64,000 nt of DNA, from the NCBI GenBank assembly GCA_965221125.1, contig CBDCRW010000006.1, positions 736,001-800,000 of the forward strand, read 5' to 3'. Below the pieces are notes generated by a model that was given only the letters and a program-made list of their open reading frames with translations, was not told where the DNA came from and did no database searches. This document shows positions 11,528-21,943 of this stretch, one piece after another; within the stretch, counting starts at the first letter, position 1; each line of letters begins with the position of its first letter. Both the position numbers and the translations under genes were made by a program. The stretch is from Alphaproteobacteria bacterium (lineage in GTDB: Bacteria; Pseudomonadota; Alphaproteobacteria; UBA828).

Positions 11528-12520
11528 TCACGGGGACGCGGCTTCCGCGCTCTCGGCCGCGAGCGCCATCGCGTCCCGGCGCCGCAGCAGGTCCGCAACC
11601 GTCGACGCGGCGATGACCGACGGCTGCTTCGCTTCGATGCCGTCGATGCCGATGGGGCAGACCAGCTTCCCGATATCGTCCTCCCCCAGGCCCGCCTGGC
11701 GCATGCGGCTGACGAAGCGGGCCTTCTTCGACGCAGACCCGATGAGGCCCACATAGGCGAAGCGCCGTGCCCTGAGCGCGGCGAGGACGACGTCGAAGTC
11801 GAGCGCGTGGCTGTGCGACATCACCAGCACGAACGCGCCATCAGGCACCGCGTCGAGCTCCGCTGCCGGCGCCGGCGCCACCACGACGCGCACGTCGCCC
11901 GGCACGATGGAGGGGAAGGCGTCGTCGCGCGGGTCGATCCAGACCACGCTGAAGTCGAGCGGTGCCAGCGCCACGATCATGGCGCGCCCGACGTGGCCGG
12001 CGCCGATGAGCGCCAGAACCTGCTTTTGGGCCCCGAAGCGCTCCAGCAAGCGGCCGTCGGCCGCGAGCGTGCTCTCTTCGCCGCCTTCCGGCGCGCGATC
12101 CAGAATGGTGCGCGCCACCTGCCGCTCGGCGATGCGGCCCTCGGTGGCGAAGGGGCCTGCGCTCTCGGCCTCGGCGAGCGCCTGCACCTCGGCGGATCGT
12201 CCGGGCGTGAACACTTCCAGGAGGATGCGCACGGAGCCGCCGCAGCACTGGCCGAGGTCGGGGCCGAGCGCCATTCGCTCAAGGCCCACCGGCGCAGGCT
12301 CCCCGTCCGCCCCGCCCTTCGCCAGCGCGTCCCGGGCGCGCGCGATCGCCTGCCACTCCAGCGTGCCGCCGCCGATGGTGCCGGCGAACGAGCCGTCCTC
12401 CAGCACGACCATGCGCGCGCCGGGCTCGCGCGGCGCCGAGCCCCTGGCCTCGACGATGCTGACCAGGGCGCAGCGCTGCTCGCTCTGGAGCGCTCGGCCG
12501 ATGGTCGCCCAGGTCTTCAT
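11528..12520 (-). CDS. xdhC: Xanthine dehydrogenase accessory protein
   Basis: GSAPRE, GTIGGGTLE, LGQCCGG, GLIGSASK, CPIG. Confidence 0.93.
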   Translation of the reverse strand: MKTWATIGRALQSEQRCALVSIVEARGSAPREPGARMVVLEDGSFAGTIGGGTLEWQAIARARDALAKGGADGEPAPVGLERMALGPDLGQCCGGSVRILLEVFTPGRSAEVQALAEAESAGPFATEGRIAERQVARTILDRAPEGGEESTLAADGRLLERFGAQKQVLALIGAGHVGRAMIVALAPLDFSVVWIDPRDDAFPSIVPGDVRVVVAPAPAAELDAVPDGAFVLVMSHSHALDFDVVLAALRARRFAYVGLIGSASKKARFVSRMRQAGLGEDDIGKLVCPIGIDGIEAKQPSVIAASTVADLLRRRDAMALAAESAEAASP

Positions 12521-12529
12521 CGCTTCCCC

Positions 12530-14863
12530 TCACGCGTCCCGCATGGAGCGGATCGCGCGGACGATCGCTTCCGGCGTCGCCGGCGCATCCAGTGCCGGTA
12601 CCCGCCCGGGATTGAGGCCGGCGATGGCGTTCACGATCGCCGAGAACACCGATATCGCCAGCATCAGGGGCGGCTCGCCCACCGCCTTCGAGCGGTAGAT
12701 GGTCGCTTCCCTGTTGCCCTTGGACTTCCAGAGCGCGACGTGGAAGTCCGCGGGCACGTCGCTCGCGACGGGTATCTTATAGGTGGACGGCGCGTGAGTC
12801 GTGAGCCGGCCCTTCGCATCGAACACCAGCTCTTCGGTAGTGAGCCAGCCCATGCCCTGCACGAAGCCGCCCTCGATCTGGCCGATGTCGATGGCGGGAT
12901 TGAGCGAGTTGCCGACGTCGTGCAGGAGGTCGACGCGGTCCACCCGCATCTCGCCGGTGAGCGTGTCGATCGTCACCTCGGAACAGGCGGCGCCGCAGGC
13001 GAAGTAGAGGAAGGGCCGACCGCTCGCCGAGGCGCGGTCCCAGGTGAGCTTCGGCGTCGCGAAGAAGCCGGTGGACGACAGCGAGACCCGCTCGAGGAAG
13101 CAGGTTTTCGCCAGCTCGGCGAAGGGGATCTCCCGGCTGCCAACCGTGACCATGCCGCCGGCGAAGCGGACCTGCGCTTGCGGCACCTGATGGAGCCGGC
13201 CGGCGAGCGCGGCCATGCGCCCCTTGATCGTGGCGGCTGCGCGCTTCGCCGCCATGCCGTTGAGGTCGGAGCCGGAGGACGCGGCGGTGGGCGTGGTGTT
13301 GGGCACCATGTCGGTCTTGGTCGCGGTGATCCTCACCTGCTCGAAGCCGATGCCGAACTCCTCAGCCACCACCTGCGCGACCTTGGTGTGGAGCCCCTGC
13401 CCCATCTCGGTGCCGCCGTGGTTCACCAGCACGGAACCGTCGGTATAGACGTGGACCAGCGCGCCCGCCTGGTTGAGGTGCTTCAGCGTGAACGCGATTC
13501 CAAACTTGACGGGGGTGAGCGACATCCCCTTGCGGAGGAAGCGGTTGCTCTGGTTGAAGGCGGCGATCCCCTTGCGGCGCGCCTGGTAGTCGCTGGTCTT
13601 CTCCAGCTGGCTCACCAGCCGCTGGAGAATGCTCTCGCCGACCTTCATGCCGTAGGGCGTGACGTCCCGCCCGCGGCCGTAGAGATTGCGCTTGCGGACG
13701 TCCAGCGGGTCGAGGCCGAGGCGGCAGGCGATGTCGTCCATCATCCGCTCGGCGAGCATCATGCCCTGCGGGCCGCCGAACCCCCGGAACGCCGTGTTGG
13801 AGACGGTATCAGTCTTCACCCGCCGCGAGAGGATTCGCACGCTCGGGTAGTAGTAGGCATTGTCGGCGTGGAACATGGACCGATCGCAGACGGCCATGGA
13901 GAGATCGGCGGAATAGCCGCAGCGCGCGCTGAGCGTGCCGTCGACCGCGAGCATCCTGCCGCTCTCGTCGCAGCCGTAACTGTAGTCGACGCGGAAGTCG
14001 TGGCGCTTGCCGGTCATGATCATGTCGTCGTCGCGGTCGAGGCGGAGCTTGGCGGCCGCACCGGTCACGCTCGCGGCCAGCGCGGCGAGGCAGGCCCATT
14101 GCGCGGCCTGGCTCTCCTTGCCGCCGAAGGCGCCGCCCATGCGCCGGCACTCACACACCACCTCCGAATCCGGCTTGCCCAGCATGGCGGCCACGAGGTG
14201 CTGGATTTCCGTGGGATGCTGCGTCGACGAGAGGACGTGCATCGCCCCGCCCTCGCCGGGGAGCGCGAGGGCGACCTGCCCCTCCAGGTAGAAGTGCTCC
14301 TGCCCGCCCACGTGGAGCGAGCCAGAGGCGGAATGCGGGGCCCGCTTTATCTCCGCGCCGGGCTCGCCACGCAGGAACTGGTAATCGGGCAGGATCGTCT
14401 CGCCCGAGGCGAGGCCGGCCTCGACCGAGACTCGCGGCGCCTCCTCCTCCACCTCGATGCGCGCGAGGCGGGAGGCGCGGCGCGCCTCGTCCCGGCTGCG
14501 CGCCGCCACCGCGAAGACCACCTGGCCGTGGAATTGGATGCGGCCGTCGGCGAGGATCGGGTCGTCGCCGAAGACCGGGCTGCAATCGTTCGATCCGGGG
14601 ATGTCGGCGGCGGTGAGCACCGCCTCGACGCCCGGCGCGGCGCGCACCGCATCGAGGTCGAGCGTGGCGATGCGGCCGCGGGCGCCGTGCGGGGCGTAGC
14701 CGGGTGCCACGTGCACCAGCGCCGCGGGCTCCGGAACGTCGTCGACGAAGCGCGCCGTGCCCTGCACGTGCCGGGCCGCGCTGTCGTGGGCGAGCGCCAG
14801 CCCGACCGCGCTGCGGTCGTCGCCGGGCGCGGCCCGGTCCGTTTGAACGGCGTCAGGCGGCAC
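12530..14863 (-). CDS. xdhB: Xanthine dehydrogenase molybdopterin-binding subunit
   Basis: HDSAARHV, GQEHFYLE, MGGAFGGKE, AFRGFGGPQG, SKAVGEPP; GTG start inferred. Confidence 0.95.
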   Translation of the reverse strand: MPPDAVQTDRAAPGDDRSAVGLALAHDSAARHVQGTARFVDDVPEPAALVHVAPGYAPHGARGRIATLDLDAVRAAPGVEAVLTAADIPGSNDCSPVFGDDPILADGRIQFHGQVVFAVAARSRDEARRASRLARIEVEEEAPRVSVEAGLASGETILPDYQFLRGEPGAEIKRAPHSASGSLHVGGQEHFYLEGQVALALPGEGGAMHVLSSTQHPTEIQHLVAAMLGKPDSEVVCECRRMGGAFGGKESQAAQWACLAALAASVTGAAAKLRLDRDDDMIMTGKRHDFRVDYSYGCDESGRMLAVDGTLSARCGYSADLSMAVCDRSMFHADNAYYYPSVRILSRRVKTDTVSNTAFRGFGGPQGMMLAERMMDDIACRLGLDPLDVRKRNLYGRGRDVTPYGMKVGESILQRLVSQLEKTSDYQARRKGIAAFNQSNRFLRKGMSLTPVKFGIAFTLKHLNQAGALVHVYTDGSVLVNHGGTEMGQGLHTKVAQVVAEEFGIGFEQVRITATKTDMVPNTTPTAASSGSDLNGMAAKRAAATIKGRMAALAGRLHQVPQAQVRFAGGMVTVGSREIPFAELAKTCFLERVSLSSTGFFATPKLTWDRASASGRPFLYFACGAACSEVTIDTLTGEMRVDRVDLLHDVGNSLNPAIDIGQIEGGFVQGMGWLTTEELVFDAKGRLTTHAPSTYKIPVASDVPADFHVALWKSKGNREATIYRSKAVGEPPLMLAISVFSAIVNAIAGLNPGRVPALDAPATPEAIVRAIRSMRDA

Positions 14864-16340
14864 GCTCGGCCTCCTCAGGCCGCAGGCCCAGGAGCCGGGT
14901 CGCGGCGCTCGCCTCGCCGGATGCCTCGTGCAGCGCCTTGCGAAGCAGCGCCTGCGCCGTCTCCAGTCGATAGCGCGCGCTCGCCCGCATGTCGTCGATG
15001 GGCCGAAAATCCGACGCAAGGGCCTCGCAGGCGGCGTCCCAGCTATGCGGGTCGTCGAGCGGCAGGTCTGCGAGGGCGGCTTCCGTGGCGGTGGCCCGCT
15101 TCGGGGTGGCCGCCATGCCGCCGAAGGCGACGCGCGCGCCGGCGACGCGGCGGCTCTCCACCGTGAACCTGAAGGCGCCGAGGAGAGCCGAGATGTCCTG
15201 GTCGAAGCGCTTTGAGATCTTGTAGCAGCGGAAGACCTCGCCGGCCCCAAGGCGCGGCACGTCGATGCCGGTGACGAACTCGCCCGGCGCCCGGTCCTGC
15301 CTGCCGTAGTCGATGAAGAAGTCTTCGAGCGGCAGCGACCGCGTCGCCTCGCCCCGGCGCAGGTGCAGCGTCGTGCCGAGGGCGATCAGGGCGGGCATGG
15401 TGTCGCCGATGGGGGAGCCGTTGGCGATGTTGCCGCCAATGGTCCCCACCGCGCGGATCTGCCTGCCGCCGATGCGGCGGAACAGCTCGACGAGGTCGGG
15501 GTCGATCGCCGCCATGGCGCCCTCGGCCTGCGCGTAGGTGACGGTGGCGCCGATGTGGAAGCCCCGCTCGCTCTCGCGCAGGTCCGCAAGGTCGGCCACT
15601 CTTCCCAGGAGGATGATCTTGGGCAGGGTCCGCAATTGCTTGGTGATCCAGAGCCCGACGTCCGTCGCGCCGGCGACCAGCGTGGCCTCCGGGTGGCGGG
15701 CGTAGAGGCCGGCCAGGGCATCGACGGAAGCCGGCGCCGCGAGGAAACCCGATGCCTCGTCGCCGATGAAGAGGTCTTCGCCGTCGTCGAGCGCCGCCAG
15801 CCGCTCGGCGGTGGCCTCACGGCGCTTCGCGTAGGCGTCGCACGGCGGCCCGTCGCAGGCCTCCAGCGCGGCATCGACGATCGGCCGGTACCCGGTGCAG
15901 CGGCACAAGTTGCCGGCGAGGGTGTCGTTCACCGCCTGCCGGTCGGGGCACCCACCAGCGTGGTAGAGCGTGAAGAGGCTCATCACGATGCCGGGCGTGC
16001 AGAAGCCGCACTGGCTGCCGTGGTGCCTCAGCATCGCGTCCTGCACGGGATGCAGCGCGCCGCCCGGCCCGGCCAGGTCGTCGACGGCGACCAGCTCCTT
16101 GCCGTCGATCATGCCGAGCAGGCAGATGCAGGCGTTGACCGGCTCGTATTCCAGCCTGCCGCCCCGAAGCGTGCCGAGCGCCACGGTGCACGCGCCGCAG
16201 TCGCCCTCGGCGCAGCCCTCCTTGGTGCCGCAGGCGTAGCGGCGCAGCCGGAGATAGTCGAGCAGGGTCTCGCCCGGCGCCACGTCGCGGAGCGAGACGA
16301 CCTCGCCCTGGTGGAGAAACCGGACCGACGCGCGCGTCAT
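14853..16340 (-). CDS. xdhA: Xanthine dehydrogenase small (Fe-S/FAD) subunit
   Basis: GTKEGCAEGDCGAC, QCGFCTPG, GNLCRCTGY, YKISKRFDQDIS. Confidence 0.95.
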   Translation of the reverse strand: MTRASVRFLHQGEVVSLRDVAPGETLLDYLRLRRYACGTKEGCAEGDCGACTVALGTLRGGRLEYEPVNACICLLGMIDGKELVAVDDLAGPGGALHPVQDAMLRHHGSQCGFCTPGIVMSLFTLYHAGGCPDRQAVNDTLAGNLCRCTGYRPIVDAALEACDGPPCDAYAKRREATAERLAALDDGEDLFIGDEASGFLAAPASVDALAGLYARHPEATLVAGATDVGLWITKQLRTLPKIILLGRVADLADLRESERGFHIGATVTYAQAEGAMAAIDPDLVELFRRIGGRQIRAVGTIGGNIANGSPIGDTMPALIALGTTLHLRRGEATRSLPLEDFFIDYGRQDRAPGEFVTGIDVPRLGAGEVFRCYKISKRFDQDISALLGAFRFTVESRRVAGARVAFGGMAATPKRATATEAALADLPLDDPHSWDAACEALASDFRPIDDMRASARYRLETAQALLRKALHEASGEASAATRLLGLRPEEAERAA

Positions 16341-16342
16341 GC

Positions 16343-16741
16343 TCAGCTGCCGCGATAGGTGGAATAGCCGTAGGCCGAGAGCAGCAGCGGCACGTGGTAG
16401 TGGCCTTGCGGATCAGCCACGCCGAAGCGCACCGGCACCACGCCGAGGAACGGCGGCTCGGGATGCGCCCCGCCAGTGCTCCGGCGGTAGTCGCCCGCCA
16501 TGAAGCGCAGCTCGTAGGTGCCGGCGGCGAACGCGTCCCCTTCCAGCAAGGCGTCCTCGACCCGGCCGTCGTCGTTCGTCACGACGGTCTTGAGCCGTTC
16601 CGGCGCCGCGCCGTCCACGCGCCACAGCTCGATCGCCAATCCCCGTGCCGGCGTGCCCGCCGTCAGGTCAAGCACGTGTGTCGTCAACCGCCCGATGGGT
16701 CTCGCTCCCCGGCTGCCTGCGCCGCGTTCCCGTTTCGTCAA
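16343..16741 (-). CDS. uraH: 5-hydroxyisourate hydrolase (transthyretin-like); start uncertain
   Basis: GRLTTHVLD, TNDDGR, HYHVPLLLS, C-terminal YRGS. Confidence 0.92.
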   Translation of the reverse strand: MTKRERGAGSRGARPIGRLTTHVLDLTAGTPARGLAIELWRVDGAAPERLKTVVTNDDGRVEDALLEGDAFAAGTYELRFMAGDYRRSTGGAHPEPPFLGVVPVRFGVADPQGHYHVPLLLSAYGYSTYRGS

Positions 16742-16841
16742 GGCGACCGGGGATTGTCCACGAATTCAGTGGATCGCAAAAGAACCCTGTTTGGGGGACT
16801 GGTATGCGACCGGGGTCATTTCCCGGCGCCGGTGCCTGGTT

Positions 16842-17345
16842 CTACCGCTGCCAGGTGCAGTCGGCGATCATGGCGACCCAGTTGTCGGGCAGGTAGTCGA
16901 CTTCGTAGGTGCAGGTTCCGCCGATGCCTGCATAGACGCCGGTGCCGCCCTGGATTTCCATGGTGCCGGGGCCGCCGCCGCCCGCCTCGATAGTGCCCGC
17001 GCGCCGTTTCGAGTGGGTGTACCACGTGTCGCCCGAGGCAGCGGTCATCGTGCAGGGGGCGTCAAGATCGATGCCCGCCTCCGTGCTCTTGGCGTAGACC
17101 ACGCACGTGATCCGCTCGTGCGTGCCCGCGACGAAGGGGGCGCCGCTGCTCTCCATGACGGTGACCGTGCCCTGCAGCGGCCCGCCGGTGACGCTGCCGC
17201 CGGCATGGTCGATGGTGACGTAGTCCTGCACGTAGGTGCGGACGATGCGGAAGCTGCCGCTCTCCTCCGCCGCTGCGGTGTGCGCCCCGCACAGGGTCGC
17301 CGCCCCGGCGATCAGCGCCGCGGCCAAGGTCCTCGCAGAAGTCAT
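16842..17345 (-). CDS. Secreted hypothetical protein, possibly dirigent/allene-oxide-cyclase-like beta barrel
   Basis: Signal peptide; beta-rich; IQGGTGVYAGIGG motif; four Cys in the mature part. Confidence 0.6.
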   Translation of the reverse strand: MTSARTLAAALIAGAATLCGAHTAAAEESGSFRIVRTYVQDYVTIDHAGGSVTGGPLQGTVTVMESSGAPFVAGTHERITCVVYAKSTEAGIDLDAPCTMTAASGDTWYTHSKRRAGTIEAGGGGPGTMEIQGGTGVYAGIGGTCTYEVDYLPDNWVAMIADCTWQR

Positions 17346-17427
17346 ACTGGTCCTCGCCTGTCGGATAATGGATGGCGGGATGTTAGCCCGGATTTTCGGC
17401 CGCGGTCACGGTCGGCGCAGCGGAGCC

Positions 17428-18045
17428 TCAGTCGTCGCCGTCCTTGCGGCCCTGCCCGCTGAGCGCGTCGAGCTGGGCCTGCATCCGGTCGAGCCGGTCG
17501 AGCACGGCGCCAACGTCGGGCGACTCGTCCTCGCCGTCGCCGTCGGGCTTCGGCTCCTCCCGCCGCTGGCTGGCCGGCATGCCCGCGAACACCTCCATGG
17601 TGCGCTGCATCATCGCCATGTTGCGCTCGGCCATGGCCTGGAACTCGTCCACCGGGAACATGCCGCCGAAGCTCTCGTTCATGCGCTCGCGGATGTCGCC
17701 CCGGTTGCGGGAGAAGGTGTCCATGGTGAGCTCGAGATAACGGGGCACGAAGGCCTGGACGTTGTCGCCGTAGAGCTGGATGAGCTGACGCAGGAAGCTG
17801 AGCGGCAGCATGTTCTGCCCCTTGGCCTCCTGCTCGACGATGATCTGGGTGAGCACCTGGCGGGTGATGTCCTCGCCGCTCCGCGCGTCGCGGACGACGA
17901 AGTCCTCGCCGTTCCGCACCATGTCGCAGAGGTTGTCGAGGGTCACGTAGCTGCTGGTGGCGGTGTTGTAGAGCCTGCGGTTGGCGTACTTCTTGATGGT
18001 GACGGTGGCTCGGTCGGCCTCGTCGGCCCGCTCGGTCGAGGCCAT
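17428..18045 (-). CDS. phaR: Polyhydroxyalkanoate synthesis repressor
   Basis: IKKYANRRLYNTATSSYVTL, GEDITRQVLTQII, FLRQLI. Confidence 0.93.
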   Translation of the reverse strand: MASTERADEADRATVTIKKYANRRLYNTATSSYVTLDNLCDMVRNGEDFVVRDARSGEDITRQVLTQIIVEQEAKGQNMLPLSFLRQLIQLYGDNVQAFVPRYLELTMDTFSRNRGDIRERMNESFGGMFPVDEFQAMAERNMAMMQRTMEVFAGMPASQRREEPKPDGDGEDESPDVGAVLDRLDRMQAQLDALSGQGRKDGDD

Positions 18046-18064
18046 CTCCCCGGCCTCCGCCGGT

Positions 18065-19804
18065 CTATTCTGCAGCCTCCGGCAGCGGCTCGTCCTCGCC
18101 GTAGCGCGCGACCCAGCTCGGCTCGAAGCCGTAGTCCTCGGCCGCGGCCTCGGCGCTGACGTAGCCCTCCAGCACATCCTCCACGACGGCACGCGGGTCG
18201 CGCTCACGCGGCTCGCCGTAGCCGCCGCCGCCCGGCGCCTTCACCGATACCCGCTCGCCGGGGCGGATGGGCACGTTGGAGTACTTGCTGCTGGAGATCT
18301 TGCCGAAGGCCTCGCTGATGGTGGACCAGCGGTTGCCGCCTTCCTGCTGGTAGAGCGTTGCGCCTGCGATGCCGGAGCCGCCGCCGCTGAGCCCCCAGGC
18401 GACCTTCTTGTGCTTGTTGGTCATCTGGCTGATCATCACGTCGCCGGTGCACAGCATGGTCTTGGAGATGCTCAAGCCGCCGCGATGGGCGCCGGCCCCG
18501 GCCGAATCCTGGCGCAGCGCGTATTCCTCCACGATCCACGGGAAGCGCGTCTCGAACACCTCGGTCGGCGTGTTGGCGCAGTTGCCGTTGATCGAATCGG
18601 TGGCGTCGTTGCCATCGGCGAAGCTGCGCCCGCCATAGCCGACGTAAGAGAAGTCGAAGGCGCCGATGGGCTCGTCGTTGCGTGCATCGTAGCCGCCGAA
18701 GACGAAGCAGCCGTGGGTGGTGCCCTCGGACGCCATCACGCGGTCGGGCGCCGCCGGCGCCATGGCGCCCAGGATGATGGCGACGATGAGCGGATGGGTC
18801 TCGGTGTTGCCGCCGACCTCCGAGCCCGGATAGTCGACGTTCATGATCGAGCCGGCCGGGGCGATGACCCGGATCGGGCGGAAGCAGCCCGAGTTCTTCG
18901 GGATCGTCTGGTCGGTGAGATGCAGCATGGCGTTGTAGGAGGCCGACCAGGCGACGCCCAAGGTGGCGTTGATCGGGCCGAGCGCCTGCGGCGAGGAGCC
19001 GGTGTAATCGATCACCACCTCGTCGCCCTGCACGTGGACGGCGCAGCGGATGGTGAACTCCTTTTCCTCGATGCCGTCATCCTCCATCCCGTCCTCGAAG
19101 CGGTAGCAGCCATCGGGGAAGGCGGAAATCTCGGCCCGCATGCGGGCTTCGGAATAGTCCATGAGATCGGTGACGGTGCGGCGGAAGGTCTCGCGCCCGT
19201 ACTTCGCGATCAGCTCCTTCAACCGGGACTCGCCGAGATCGACGGCGGAGATCAGAGCGCGGATGTCGCCGTAATTCTGGCGGGGCGTGCGGACGTTGGC
19301 GAGCATCAGCTTCCAGACCTCGACCACGTCCTCGCCCTGCTTCTTGATCTTGACCGGGGGCACGCGCAGCCCCTCGTGGAAGATCTCGGTGGCTTCGCCG
19401 GGGAAGCCGCCCGGCACCATGCCGCCGGTCTCGACGAAGTGGCCGATGGCGACGGCAAAGCCCATCAGCTCGCCATCGACGAAGATCGGCTTGAACATGG
19501 TGTGCTCGGGCGTGTGCAGGCCGCCCCGATACGGGTCGTTGTGGACGATCACGTCGCCCTCGTGAATCTCGGAGAGCGTGATCTCCTTCACCATCGAGCG
19601 CACGAGCAGCGGCACGCCGCCGATCTGGGCCGGGCAGAACTCGCCCACGGCGATCATCTCGCCTTCGGCGTTGGCGAGCGCGCAGGTGAAGTCCTCGGCT
19701 TCGGAAAAGATGGTGGAATAGGCGGTCTTCTGCACGTTGACGCCCATCTCGCGGCAAATCGCGACGATGGCGGATTCGATGATATTCATCGTGACCATGT
19801 CCAT
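18065..19804 (-). CDS. Hydantoinase B/oxoprolinase family protein
   Basis: TAYSTIFSEAEDF, NDPYRGGLHTPE, EIFHEGLRVPP, NVRTP, PGGGGYG. Confidence 0.92.
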   Translation of the reverse strand: MDMVTMNIIESAIVAICREMGVNVQKTAYSTIFSEAEDFTCALANAEGEMIAVGEFCPAQIGGVPLLVRSMVKEITLSEIHEGDVIVHNDPYRGGLHTPEHTMFKPIFVDGELMGFAVAIGHFVETGGMVPGGFPGEATEIFHEGLRVPPVKIKKQGEDVVEVWKLMLANVRTPRQNYGDIRALISAVDLGESRLKELIAKYGRETFRRTVTDLMDYSEARMRAEISAFPDGCYRFEDGMEDDGIEEKEFTIRCAVHVQGDEVVIDYTGSSPQALGPINATLGVAWSASYNAMLHLTDQTIPKNSGCFRPIRVIAPAGSIMNVDYPGSEVGGNTETHPLIVAIILGAMAPAAPDRVMASEGTTHGCFVFGGYDARNDEPIGAFDFSYVGYGGRSFADGNDATDSINGNCANTPTEVFETRFPWIVEEYALRQDSAGAGAHRGGLSISKTMLCTGDVMISQMTNKHKKVAWGLSGGGSGIAGATLYQQEGGNRWSTISEAFGKISSSKYSNVPIRPGERVSVKAPGGGGYGEPRERDPRAVVEDVLEGYVSAEAAAEDYGFEPSWVARYGEDEPLPEAAE

Positions 19805-19846
19805 GACGGCTTCCTTTCCCTCCCGCGCGCGGAACCGACTTGGCGG

Positions 19847-21886
19847 TCAGTTCTGGCGCGCGATCTCGCCGATCAGAATATTGCCGTAACGGTCGATCCG
19901 CACCGGCTGGCCAGGGCGGATGACGGTGACCGAGGCAGGTTCCTCGATCAGCGCGGGGCCCTCGAAGACGTGCCCCTCCCGCAGCGCGGCGCGGTCGTGG
20001 ACCGGTGTCTCCGCCCAGCCCTCCTCGAAGAGCACCCGGCGCGTCACCGCCGGCGCCGGCGCGCCCCCGGCCCGGCCGACCTCGGCGAGCGCGGGCTTGT
20101 CGGTCACCGAGACCGCCGTCACCTTGACCGAGGTCATCTCGATCTTCTCGCCCGGAATGTCGAAATTGAAGCGCTCGCGATGGGCCCGGTGGAAGGCCTC
20201 CCACAGCCCCGGCAGCGTGGTCTCGTCGAAGCGGTCGAAGGCGATGGGCACGTCGAGCTCGTGGTTCTGCCCGAGGTAGCGCATCTCCAGCGAGCGCAGG
20301 ATCTCGATGTTCTCGGTGTAGCCCTGCTCCTCAAGCAGGGCGACGCCTTCGCGGATCAGGTCCGAGAGCACGCGGTTGGCATGGTCTTCGTCGAAGGCGG
20401 CAGAGGTCATCTGCGCCGTCCGCTCCAGGTCCACACGCGCGTCCGTCATCAGGAAGCCGAAGGCCGAGAACTGGCCCGGATGGTTGGGCACGATGCCGCT
20501 CGGGATGTTGGCATGGACCATGAGGTCGGCCACGTGCACGGGGCCCGCACCGCCGAATGCCAGCAGGGTGAAGTCGCGGGGGTCGAGGCCGCGCTCGGTC
20601 AGCACCGAGCGGAGCGCGCCGATCATGTTGTTGTTGGCGATTTGCACCATGGCGAGCGCGGTCTCCTCGACCGGCTTGTCGATGGCGCCTGCGACCTGGG
20701 CGATGGCCTTCGCGGCCGCATCGGGGTCGAGCGCCATGGCGCCGCCCAGGAAATTCGCCGGGTTGATGCGGCCGAGCGCGAGGTTGGCGTCGGTCGCGGT
20801 CGCCTGCGTGCCGCCGAGGCCGTAGCAGGCGGGCCCCGGATTGGCGCCCGCGCTCTCCGGACCCATGCGCAGCATGCCGCCCTTGTCGATCCACGCGAGC
20901 GAGCCGCCGCCCGCGCCCATGGTGCGGATGTCGATCATGGGGATCTGGATGGGCAGGCCGAACTCGATCTCGAAGCTGGTGGTGAAGCTCTCGTGCCCAC
21001 CGACCACGGTGGAGACGTCGGTGGACGTGCCGCCCATGTCGAGGGTGACGAGGTGGTCCACGCCGACGCTCCGCGCGATCTGCTTGGCGCCGACCACGCC
21101 GCCAGTCGGGCCCGAGAGGGTCATCTGGATGGGGTGGCGCGCGGCCTCCTCCAGGGTCATCTCGCCGCCGTTGGACTTGATCGCGGCGACCTGGCGCGTG
21201 ATGCCCTTGCCGTCGAGCCGCTCCCGCATGGCGCCGAGATGGTTGCCCACGACGGGCTTGATGTAGGCGTCCGTGATGGTGGTGGACGAGCGCTCGAACT
21301 CCTTCCACTTGGGCAGCACTTCGTAGGAGATGCTGACGGGGATGTCCGGGCACTCCTCGGCGAAGACCTCGCGCGCCGTGCGCTCGTGGTCCGGCGTCAC
21401 GAAGGAGAAGAGGAAGTTGATGGCGACCGCCTCGATCCAGCCCAGGGTCTTGATCTCGCGCGCGATGGCGCGGACGCGCTCGATATCCAGCGGGTGGTAG
21501 ACCTCGCCCCGCGCCAGGATGCGCTCGTCCACCTCGTAGCAGTGGCGGCGCTTCACCAGCGGCTTCGCCTTGACCCAGGTGATGTCGTAGTGGCTCTTGC
21601 GCTTGCCCCGCTGGATGAAGGGGACGTCGCGGAAGCCGGTCGTGGTGAGATAGGCGACCGTGGCGCCCTTCCGCTCGAGGATCGCGTTGGTCGCGATGGT
21701 GGTGCCGAAGCGGATGTTGCCGATGGCGCCGGTGTTGCCGGAACGGTCGAGCCCGTCGATGATCCCGTCGATGGGGTCGGCCGGGGTGGAGAGTGTCTTC
21801 CAGACGTCGACGGCCTGGGTCGCCGGATCGTAGCGGACGAAATCCGTGAAGGTTCCGCCCACGTCGATCCCAACCAGATCGCTCAT
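19847..21886 (-). CDS. Hydantoinase A/oxoprolinase family protein (ATP-binding)
   Basis: GIDVGGTFTD, TNAILERKG, DMGGTSTD, GAGGGS, GPESAGANPGP, FGGAGP. Confidence 0.92.
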   Translation of the reverse strand: MSDLVGIDVGGTFTDFVRYDPATQAVDVWKTLSTPADPIDGIIDGLDRSGNTGAIGNIRFGTTIATNAILERKGATVAYLTTTGFRDVPFIQRGKRKSHYDITWVKAKPLVKRRHCYEVDERILARGEVYHPLDIERVRAIAREIKTLGWIEAVAINFLFSFVTPDHERTAREVFAEECPDIPVSISYEVLPKWKEFERSSTTITDAYIKPVVGNHLGAMRERLDGKGITRQVAAIKSNGGEMTLEEAARHPIQMTLSGPTGGVVGAKQIARSVGVDHLVTLDMGGTSTDVSTVVGGHESFTTSFEIEFGLPIQIPMIDIRTMGAGGGSLAWIDKGGMLRMGPESAGANPGPACYGLGGTQATATDANLALGRINPANFLGGAMALDPDAAAKAIAQVAGAIDKPVEETALAMVQIANNNMIGALRSVLTERGLDPRDFTLLAFGGAGPVHVADLMVHANIPSGIVPNHPGQFSAFGFLMTDARVDLERTAQMTSAAFDEDHANRVLSDLIREGVALLEEQGYTENIEILRSLEMRYLGQNHELDVPIAFDRFDETTLPGLWEAFHRAHRERFNFDIPGEKIEMTSVKVTAVSVTDKPALAEVGRAGGAPAPAVTRRVLFEEGWAETPVHDRAALREGHVFEGPALIEEPASVTVIRPGQPVRIDRYGNILIGEIARQN

Positions 21887-21943
21887 GGTGCTCCGCGCCT
21901 GCGCTGGGTGGGATGAATGGATGCGTCGAGCGGCGGCGCGCGC

